NCBI GenBank assembly: GCA_963674965.2
Contig: CAXXFL010000001.1
Coordinates: 672,001 to 736,000 of the forward strand
Length of the DNA: 64,000 nt
Direction: 5' to 3'
DNA from: a bacterium
Lineage (GTDB): Bacteria > RBG-13-61-14 > DATKZS01
Positions 7,615 through 15,885 of the stretch are shown piece by piece. The notes beneath the pieces were generated by a model that was not told where the DNA came from, made no database searches, and worked only from the letters and a program-made list of their open reading frames with translations. A program made the position numbers and the translations under genes. How positions within the stretch are numbered: position 1 is the stretch's first letter; each line of letters opens with the position of its first letter.

Positions 7615-10143
7615 CTAGCCCGCTTTGGTCTCCTTCTTCGCGGCCCCTTTTCTCACCAGCGTCAGGGCCAGAATGACGATGAAAAACACCGCCGCGTTGC
7701 CGAAGAAGTCCCTGGCGCTCCAGCTCGATGCGTCGCTCATCATGCAACTGAGGTTAACGCTTCCGCCGGGGGAGTACCTCGAGCCGACCGCGAAAAGGGA
7801 AGCCTTGTCCGTCACGCCCGCCACCAGGTTGCCGTCACCGTCCTTGTTCGTGATGAGCTGGACCCAGTCCTGGGAGTCCTCGTCGTAGCGGTAAACGACC
7901 AGGTTGTCCTCGGCGGCCGTCGTGCCGTCAACAACGCCGTCGTCGTCCTCGTCCTTGTAAGAGATGACGATCGTCCCGTTGACCCCGCCAAGGTCGGTCT
8001 GGCCGTTCGTGAGAAGGACCTTTTTGAACTCCCCGAAATAGCCCGGCGTGGGGGAGGGAAGGTCCGAGTACTTCTCGGCGAGGCCAGCCGTGAGAACCAC
8101 CGCCGCGTCGCCGGAGATGGCCGCGCCGGAAATCTCGATCGAGGCGTACCCGTCGAAATTAAGCTCGGCGAAGACGGTGGAGGAATCCAGGGCGCGGCTC
8201 CCCGCCTGGTTGGCCGTCGAGACCTCGTATTCGTCCATGGAGTTCCGCGCAACGCCGGGCGCCGCCTCGGCCGGGATGAACTCGACCAGGAGGACCAGGT
8301 CATCGAAGTCCCAGTCCGACTGGCCCACGGGAAGGTCCTCGAAGCCGATGGTGTAGGTAAAGGCGTCCTGGCGCGACACGCGGGCGTACATCGAGTCCGA
8401 GTAGTGGTCGTAAACGCCAAGGCCCCAGGACTCGGCGTGGACCCGGATGAAGAAGTTCACCGTCTCGCCCGAGAGCACGGTGGTGGTCACCACCTTGCCC
8501 ACGTGCTTCAAGCTGTTTTTGATAAGGCGCTCCTCGATGGGCTCGGAAATCCAGACCTCGGAGGAGAGGGCGGCCGAGGCCTCGAGCAGGGTGGCCTTGA
8601 TCTTCCACTCGCCGCTGGGGGTGACTATTTGCCGGCAGCCTTCCTGGTCGGAGGGGTCGAGCGGGTCGGCCCCCGAGCAGACCTCCTCCCCGTCGAAAAC
8701 GCAGTCCCCGTCCGTGTCGGGATTAAGCGGGTCGGTGTAATAAATCCCCGTCTCCTCGCCGTCGGTCAGTCCGTCCCTGTCCGTGTCGCCCGTGGCCTCG
8801 AGCCGGCAGATGGACGAGCACCCGTCGCCGTCCGCCGTGTTCCCGTCGTCGCAGTTCTCGCCCCGCCCGATGCGGAAGTCGCCGCAGACGGGGAACTGGT
8901 AGTAGTTGTGGTTGAAGGTGGGAACGAGGCAATTGTCCTCCATAACCGAGCTTAACACGTCCGGCATGCCATCCAGGTTAAGGTCGATGACCAGACCCAT
9001 GCCGGGTTCCTCGTTTCCGGACACCGTGTAATACTTGACGTCCTTGAACCATCCGGCGCCGTCGCCGAGCAGGACCCGCATCTGGCTATAGTAGCGCGAG
9101 CGCACGGTGACGTCCTCGTTGCCGTCGTTATCGAGGTCGCCCTGGTCCATTCTGTAGCCGTAGTGTCCCGTGTCCTCGGCGGTGGAAAGAACGAAGATTC
9201 CGTTCCCCTGGTTTTTATAGGCGCGAACGAGGCTTCCGCCTGAGGTTACCACGTCCTTGTGGCCGTCATGGTCGAGGTCGATCACGCTAATGCCCGAAAT
9301 ATAGCGGTCGGAGTCCAGGGTCTGACTTAAAGAGGGGCCGGCTGACGTTCCGAAGTAGATTTTCAGGGACGGGCTGCCATAGGTTTGTGAGCTCGATCCC
9401 AGGATAAGGTCGTTGTAGCCGTCATTGTTTAAATCCGCAATGGCCGAGACCATGGTGTCTCCACCCGTGCTGATCGAGGAGTCCTGGGTAAAGTTGCCCG
9501 TCCCGTCACCGTGGTAAATCACGAAAACGTGAGTGTAGCGCGTGCCCACCACTATGTCCTCGAAGCCGTCATTATTGACGTCTCCCACTGAAACGGACCA
9601 GGGCCGGTCGCCGGGAATGAAGATATTGGCCAGAGTAAGAGTTCCGTCGCCGTTTCCGAAAAAGATATGCATCTGGTCGGAGTTGGCGTCCACCGTCACT
9701 ATATCGGCGAAATGATCGCCGTTGAGATTGCCCGAGGCCATCCAATACAAGTAACTGCCCATGGTATGCTGGTAGGTTGGGACAAGTACCCCGCCGGCGC
9801 TCATCAGGTAGACGTTAAGGTAAGCCGAAGAAGCCGTGCCCACCACCAGGTCTTCCAGTCCGTCGTTGTTTAGATCGACCGCCAACATTGGCCTTGGTTC
9901 TTGTCCAGAGTAGGTGATAATCGGACCCTCGACGACCATGTCGAAGGATTCCGTGCAGTCACCGGCGCAGCCGTCTCCGGGCAAGAGGTTGCCGTCGTCG
10001 CACTCCTCCCCCGGATCGAGTATGCCGTCGCCGCAAGCGTTGACGCCGCAGGTCGATGCCCTGGCCGAGGGAATCGAGAAGAAAAACACTATCGCCATAA
10101 CCATGGCGATTACCGAGAAAGGAAGAAATCTTTGCATTTTCAT
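7615..10143 (-). CDS. Secreted surface protein with Cys-rich DUF4215-like repeats, FG-GAP/VCBS propeller, Ca-binding DxDxDG repeats, DUF4114-like domain and C-terminal TM anchor
   Basis: Signal peptide; two CGDG..GEECDDGN..GDGC repeats; multiple DLNNDG.DL/DI motifs; GFEDL..SDWDFDD; C-terminal hydrophobic helix plus basic tail. Confidence 0.85.
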   Translation of the reverse strand: MKMQRFLPFSVIAMVMAIVFFFSIPSARASTCGVNACGDGILDPGEECDDGNLLPGDGCAGDCTESFDMVVEGPIITYSGQEPRPMLAVDLNNDGLEDLVVGTASSAYLNVYLMSAGGVLVPTYQHTMGSYLYWMASGNLNGDHFADIVTVDANSDQMHIFFGNGDGTLTLANIFIPGDRPWSVSVGDVNNDGFEDIVVGTRYTHVFVIYHGDGTGNFTQDSSISTGGDTMVSAIADLNNDGYNDLILGSSSQTYGSPSLKIYFGTSAGPSLSQTLDSDRYISGISVIDLDHDGHKDVVTSGGSLVRAYKNQGNGIFVLSTAEDTGHYGYRMDQGDLDNDGNEDVTVRSRYYSQMRVLLGDGAGWFKDVKYYTVSGNEEPGMGLVIDLNLDGMPDVLSSVMEDNCLVPTFNHNYYQFPVCGDFRIGRGENCDDGNTADGDGCSSICRLEATGDTDRDGLTDGEETGIYYTDPLNPDTDGDCVFDGEEVCSGADPLDPSDQEGCRQIVTPSGEWKIKATLLEASAALSSEVWISEPIEERLIKNSLKHVGKVVTTTVLSGETVNFFIRVHAESWGLGVYDHYSDSMYARVSRQDAFTYTIGFEDLPVGQSDWDFDDLVLLVEFIPAEAAPGVARNSMDEYEVSTANQAGSRALDSSTVFAELNFDGYASIEISGAAISGDAAVVLTAGLAEKYSDLPSPTPGYFGEFKKVLLTNGQTDLGGVNGTIVISYKDEDDDGVVDGTTAAEDNLVVYRYDEDSQDWVQLITNKDGDGNLVAGVTDKASLFAVGSRYSPGGSVNLSCMMSDASSWSARDFFGNAAVFFIVILALTLVRKGAAKKETKAG

Positions 10144-10216
10144 TTTTCTCTCCTTGCATTCAGCCTTGCCCTTTGGCTTTGATTAAAGAAAACTTTGGAT
10201 GAAAATTACTAGCCTG

Positions 10217-10245
10217 AAAATACCATCGTGATTTGCCTTTGTCAA
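10217..10245 (-). promoter_or_regulatory. sigma70-type promoter of the FG-GAP protein
   Basis: TTGACA-17-TATTTT with extended TG. Confidence 0.55.
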
Positions 10246-10325
10246 TTCTTTTTTCATAACGTCTTTTTTCACGATAATCGCGTCGCCTTGATTTTAATGG
10301 CCCATTAAAACTATGATTAACTCTC

Positions 10326-12371
10326 ATGGGCGAGCAAAACGGAAAAATCGTGAAAAATGGCGCGCGTCCCGAGATGACCCTTAAAGCCATACTGGTGGGC
10401 GTGGTAATCGGGATACTTTTCGGGGCGGCCAACGCCTACCTGGGACTGAAAGTGGGATTGACCGTCTCGGCCTCGATACCGGCCGCCGTGATGGGAGTGG
10501 CCGTCTTCGGCGCCTTGAGGCGCATGAGGCTGATGGGGCCTCCCACCATCCTCGAGAACAACATGGTCCAGACCGTGGGATCGGCCGGGGAGTCCCTCGC
10601 CGCTGGCGTCATCTTTACCGTGCCCGCCCTCATGCTCCTCGGGTTCAAGCCCCAGGTGCTCGAGATATTCGTGCTCGGGGCCGTGGGCGGCGTTATGGGC
10701 GTCCTTTTAATGGTCCCCCTCAGGAGCTATCTCATCGAGAAGGAACGGGGCAATCTGATTTACCCGGAGGGCACGGCCTGCGCCTCGGTTCTGGTCGCCG
10801 GGTCGGAGGGCGGGACCAAGGGCCGCCTGGTTTTCGCCGGTCTCGGGCTGGGCGCGCTTTTCGAGACCCTGGTAAGCGGGTTTAAGCTCCTCAAAGGCAC
10901 GGCCACCTTCCGGGTCCCCGGCTTTGCCAACGCCGAGGCGGGGGCCGACTCCTCGACCGCCCTGTTGGGAGTGGGCTTCGTGCTGGGTCCTCGGATCGCC
11001 GCCATCATGTTCGGAGGAGGGGCCCTGGCCTGGCTGGTGTTCATTCCCGCCATCAAACTCTTCGCCGGGGATTCGCCTCATCCGGTCTTTCCCGCCCAGG
11101 TCCCCATTTCCGAGCTCACGCCCCACCAGGTATGGCATAATTACATGCGCTACATCGGCGCGGGGGCCGTGGCCTTCGGAGGAGTGGTCACGCTGATAAG
11201 GTCCCTTCCCGTAATCTTTCAGAGCGCCTGGGCGGTCATCTCAAACCTTACTTCACCAAAGAACGAGGCCAGAAGGGAGCAAGGAGGAAAGAAGACGATC
11301 CGGGACCTTCCCGGCTGGGCCATAGGCTCGGGACTTATCGTCTGCGTCCTGGTCATGTGGCTGGCGCCCAGGTCCATGGCGCCGGGGGATATCATTTCCG
11401 CCTTCATGGCCGCTCTTTTCGGTTTCTTCTTCGTGGCCGTCAGCGCCCGGATAGTTGGACTTATCGGCTCCAGCTCGAACCCTATCTCGGGCATGACCAT
11501 CGCCGCCCTTCTGGCGACCTCGATTATCTTCAAGCTCCTGGGCTGGACGGGGGAGGAAGGACAGGCGGCGGCCCTGGCCGTGGGCGCCATCGTGTGCATA
11601 TCCGCCGCCATCGCGGGCGACACGAGCCAGGACCTCAAGACGGGTTTCCTCGTGGGCGCCACTCCCTGGCGTCAGCAACTTGGAGAGTTGGTCGGCGTCC
11701 TCACCTCGGCCGCCGTGATCGGCTTCGTGGTGCTGAAGCTCGACGAGGGAGTGGGTATCGGCTCGGCCGAGCTGTCCGCCCCTCAGGCCACGCTCATGTC
11801 CATGGTGGTAAAGGGCGTCTTAAGCGGAGACCTGCCATACTCGCTCGTCCTGATCGGGGTGGCCGCGGCAGCGGTGGTCGAGATTCTGGGCATCCCCTCA
11901 CTTCCCTTCGCCGTGGGCCTTTACCTTCCTTTCTCCCTTACGACCCCCATCATGCTCGGCGGCGCCGTCAGGTGGTCGATCGATCGGTCAAAGGCCAAGT
12001 CCGGGGCCGAGACTCCCAAAGAAACGGAAGATTGCGCCGATGAGGAGGTCTCCCAGTCGGGCGTACTTTTCGCCTCGGGTCTGATCGCGGGGTCGGCCTT
12101 CATCGGCATGGCCCTGGGGCTGGTCAAGTCCATTACCATTACTCCCGCCTTCGAGGAATGCCGGGCCGCCGGCGGCCTTGTCGGATGTATGCTCAAGTTC
12201 CCGGCGGAGTCCCTTCGCTCGGCCATCGAGGCCATGGCCGTCGGTCCCGAGTGGGCGGGGTCCATGGCGGACGCGGCCGCGGTCCTGGCGGTGCTCCTGG
12301 TGGGGGCCGCGCTTTATTTCGTCGCCTCCCGGCCGGGCCGAGGCGGCTCGCCGATGGGGCTTAAGGATTGA
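10326..12371 (+). CDS. OPT-family oligopeptide transporter
   Basis: AANAYLGLKVGLTVSASIPAAV, ILENNMVQT, YPEGTACA and QDLKTGFLVGATPWRQ motifs. Confidence 0.95.
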   Translation: MGEQNGKIVKNGARPEMTLKAILVGVVIGILFGAANAYLGLKVGLTVSASIPAAVMGVAVFGALRRMRLMGPPTILENNMVQTVGSAGESLAAGVIFTVPALMLLGFKPQVLEIFVLGAVGGVMGVLLMVPLRSYLIEKERGNLIYPEGTACASVLVAGSEGGTKGRLVFAGLGLGALFETLVSGFKLLKGTATFRVPGFANAEAGADSSTALLGVGFVLGPRIAAIMFGGGALAWLVFIPAIKLFAGDSPHPVFPAQVPISELTPHQVWHNYMRYIGAGAVAFGGVVTLIRSLPVIFQSAWAVISNLTSPKNEARREQGGKKTIRDLPGWAIGSGLIVCVLVMWLAPRSMAPGDIISAFMAALFGFFFVAVSARIVGLIGSSSNPISGMTIAALLATSIIFKLLGWTGEEGQAAALAVGAIVCISAAIAGDTSQDLKTGFLVGATPWRQQLGELVGVLTSAAVIGFVVLKLDEGVGIGSAELSAPQATLMSMVVKGVLSGDLPYSLVLIGVAAAAVVEILGIPSLPFAVGLYLPFSLTTPIMLGGAVRWSIDRSKAKSGAETPKETEDCADEEVSQSGVLFASGLIAGSAFIGMALGLVKSITITPAFEECRAAGGLVGCMLKFPAESLRSAIEAMAVGPEWAGSMADAAAVLAVLLVGAALYFVASRPGRGGSPMGLKD

Positions 12372-12444
12372 CGCGGGCGCGATATGGTAGTATAAATTTA
12401 ACGGATTATCGATCATCTTTTGCAAGGACAAGGAGTTCCATTCG

Positions 12445-12819
12445 ATGAAGCGGGTCATGCTGGTAGACGACAGCCCGACCATCATCCACGCGGCCTACGA
12501 CGAGCTCGAGGACCAGGGCTACGTCGTGGAGGTCGCCTATGACGGCAAGGAGGCCATCGATTACCTCAAGGACAACCCTGAGGACATGCCGGACCTGATC
12601 GTAATGGATATCGAGATGCCCAAGATGAGGGGAGACGAGGCCAGCAAGGTCATCAAGGCCAACCCCGCCTGGAACCACATCCCCATCGTGGCCCTTACCA
12701 GCGTCGACCCCGACAACGTGGCCGAAAGCCTTACCTATTTCGACAACTACATGATCAAACCCTTCGGCTTCGAACAGATGCTCTCCCTCGTGCAAAAAAT
12801 GATTGGCCCCGCCGATTAA
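12445..12819 (+). CDS. Single-domain response regulator (CheY-like)
   Basis: LVDD, MDIEMP, ALT and KPF motifs. Confidence 0.95.
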   Translation: MKRVMLVDDSPTIIHAAYDELEDQGYVVEVAYDGKEAIDYLKDNPEDMPDLIVMDIEMPKMRGDEASKVIKANPAWNHIPIVALTSVDPDNVAESLTYFDNYMIKPFGFEQMLSLVQKMIGPAD

Positions 12820-14091
12820 TAAATTTCTCGCGCTATTAAAAATCTTTGGCTCCGCCCTATAGTTGCATTGGACAATTAAAGACCTTGAAATTCAACTAAT
12901 TTAATTACGAATCCTCGGGGGCGGGGGTTACGTCTTATAATTGGGACAATAATGGCAACATGGCGGGGAAGGCGGGCCCCGAGGGGAGTTGGGTTTACGA
13001 GTGGACATGTGATAATAAGATGGAGAGGGCCGAGAAGGACGGCGCCCTCGAGGCGGAGTACGCCTACGATTACAGGGGCGAGCGGATAAGGAAAACGACT
13101 CCGGGGGAGAGCGTGAATTACCTGGTGGACAACAACAACCGCGCGGGATACTCGCAGGTGGCCCGCGAGACGGACGGCTCCGGCGCGGAGCTTGCCGCCT
13201 ACGCCTTCGGCGACGACCTCATCAGCCAGACCCGCGCCGGGGCGGTCTCCTTCTTCCACTACGACGGCCTCGGCTCCACCCGCGCCCTCACCTCCATCGC
13301 CGGAGACGTCACCGACGCCGTCACCTACCTCGCCTTCGGCCAAATCCTCGCCAGGACCGGCACGACCGAATTCTCACATCTCTTCACCGGCGAGGCCTAC
13401 GATTTCAATATAGGGCATTATTATCTGAGGGCGAGGTTGTATGATCCGGTGAACGGGATATTCGCTTCTCTCGATCCTTTCGAAGGCGCCTATTCAATTC
13501 CACAGTCCCTGCAAAAATATCTATACGCTTTTGGCAATTCTGTGAATTTATCAGACCCAAGTGGAAATATGCCAAGCTTAATATCTCTAATCGTTGCTCT
13601 TTCAATAATTACTATACTCGCGACTTCATGTACGGGCACTAACTCGAAAATGTTATCCTCGCTGGGAATTGCATATATTCATGGCCAGAGAAATAGTAAA
13701 GAAGATCTATTAAAAGCTTTACAAGATGATAAAATAAAATATGTTATTTATGTTGGGCACGCGCATCCAGGTGATGCAGCTACTGGTACAGCATGGCTCG
13801 TTATGGGTACTTCAACGCCAGGGGAACGTGTTACACGTGCGGATATAAAAAGTGCATTGTCAAGAAGAACGTCAAAAATAAAAGGGTTTGCCATATTTGC
13901 ATGCGGATGTTATTGGGTAGTAAAACATCTTGAAAATTTTACTGACCCTTCCAACAATTTATTGACATGGCGAGCATATATTCATATTAGCTTTGGAAAA
14001 AAAGGGTCTGGATATTTCAGAGATCAACTTGTTAGTCTAAGCAAGAACGAGCAGCAAGACCCATTCAGAACTGCATCGAATAATTTGATTA

Positions 14092-15086
14092 GAGCACTTA
14101 ACGATTGACATGACGTATTGATTGTGGTATTCTCTTGTCATGGGAATATCATCTTCAGAGATTCGCGAGCGGGCGCTTGCCGCCTATCAGACCGGCGATT
14201 ACACGCAATTGGAGGTCGCCGCCATCTTTCGGGTCAGTACGCGCACCTTTCAACGCTGGCTCAAGCAGTACCGGGAACATGGCTCGACCGAGCCGGGTAA
14301 ACGTGGCCACCGCGCCGCCGTTTATCGCGGCGCCGACCTTAAGCGTTTGGACGGCCTTATTGCTCGCCACCCGGACGCGACTCTTGATGAGTTGCGCGAA
14401 CTCACGGGCAAGTCGTGTTCCCTCATGGCGGTGCAGCGCGCCGTTGCGCGCTTGGGGTACAGCCTAAAAAAAAACGCTTTCGGCCAGCGAACAAAACCGG
14501 CCTGACGTGATCCATTCCCGCCTGGAGTGGAGCGCGGGTCCGATGCTCGGCGATGCTCGGCGGCTGGTATTCATCGACGAGTCTGGCGCCAAGACCAACA
14601 TGACCCGCCACCGCGGGCGGGGCCGCCGGGGCCAGAGAGTCCGTGATCACGCCCCCCATGGTCATTGGCATACCACGACGATGATCGGCTCGATTCGTTT
14701 TGACGGGCAGGTGAGTTGCATGGCGATCGAGGGTTCCGCGAACCGTGAGGTTTTTCGGTCTTACGTCAGGCACATCCTTGGCCCGACCTTGCGGCCGGGC
14801 GACGTGGTGGTCGCCGATAATCTCTCGGTGCACAAGGACGCCCAAAGTCGGGAGATTATCGAGGCCCTCGGCGCCCGCTTGGTGTTCCTGCCTCCGTACA
14901 GTCCCGATTTCAATCCGATCGAAAAGATGTGGAGCAAGGTGAAGAATCATTTACGCTCCGCCAAGGCGCGAACGCATCCTCGATTAATCGCGGCAATAAG
15001 CGAGGCATTATCTTCCATTACGGCCAGCGATGCTAAGGGCTATTTTTTTTCGTGCGGTTATACGACATTACAAACGTGAAGTGCTC
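14092..15086 (+). mobile_element. IS630-family insertion sequence
   Basis: IRs GAGCACTTAACGATTG / GAGCACTTCACGTTTG (14/16); TA duplicated at 14090-14091 and 15087-15088. Confidence 0.95.
14140..15079 (+). CDS. IS630 transposase split over two frames at an A9 run
   Basis: HTH N-terminal ORF, then LVFIDESG, VADNLSVH and LPPYSPDFNPIE; the frames join at A9 (14466-14474) to give KKTLSASEQNRPDV. Confidence 0.92.
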
Positions 15087-15206
15087 TAGCCATTTTAGCG
15101 AATTAAGCGAAAATGAGTGCCCAATTAACATCAATGATAACATTGCTCGTGATTATTGCTATGTTAGACACTGGGTTGATTACAGGCCCTGACCAAAGGA
15201 GGAGCG

Positions 15207-15791
15207 ATGATGGCGAAGGAAAAGAAAATAAGTTTACTTGATATATACTTTTCATTGAAGTTCATAATAATTATATACGCTATTATAGAAATATTTAAGA
15301 CAATTGCAATATCACTATCATATGCGACATGGCCAAAAGCTTCTAGCCATATAGGTTCATTATTTATTTGGCTACTGGCAAATATGGATTTTTTTACATT
15401 GTTTCCTTTAAATAGGATAGGGGTATTAATATCATTAAAACATCAATTATTTCTATCACTCATAATAATATTTATATTTTATTATCGTTATTATTTATTG
15501 GAATTGGAAGTTGAAATTAAAAAAATAAAGTATAACTCAATGATAATTAATATTTTTTATTTATCAATAATGGTCATTTTTATTATATATTATAACCAGG
15601 GTCTATTTACATACTTTCCTTTTAAAGACAATAGCTTTGGAAGTTATTTGCGAAAATACACTGAGATTATTACAGAAGGAAAGCCTCATTATGATAATAT
15701 TTTCCTTTCAGTATCGCTTATATTATTTACAACAATGGTATCTTCAGCACTCTATTATGTAAATAAAATATTAAAAACTAAAAAGCCGTAA
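15207..15791 (+). CDS. AT-rich multi-TM membrane protein, putative immunity protein
   Basis: AGGAGGAG RBS; starts 14 nt after the reconstructed Rhs stop; about 4-5 hydrophobic helices. Confidence 0.75.
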   Translation: MMAKEKKISLLDIYFSLKFIIIIYAIIEIFKTIAISLSYATWPKASSHIGSLFIWLLANMDFFTLFPLNRIGVLISLKHQLFLSLIIIFIFYYRYYLLELEVEIKKIKYNSMIINIFYLSIMVIFIIYYNQGLFTYFPFKDNSFGSYLRKYTEIITEGKPHYDNIFLSVSLILFTTMVSSALYYVNKILKTKKP

Positions 15792-15885
15792 AACAGCAAA
15801 TTGTAATGCATTGCTCATTATAAATAATGATTAAAATAAACAATAAATAGTAGAATGTTAAATAAGATATCAATTCCATAACGAG

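Larger units (their letters stand above)
12909..15192 (+). pseudogene. Orphan Rhs core fragment with caspase/CHAT-like C-terminal domain, interrupted by IS630
   Basis: YD repeats and Rhs core (FHYDGLGSTR, FTGEAYD, YYLRARLYDP, DPSG); homology begins abruptly near 12909; removing the IS restores ...NNLISHFSELSENECPININDNIARDYCYVRHWVDYRP* ending at 15192. Confidence 0.9.

Noticed and set aside
12960-14108. ORF-track Rhs ending RALND as an intact gene
   Set aside because: The last codons come from the IS630 left end; the native C-terminus is at 15089-15192.
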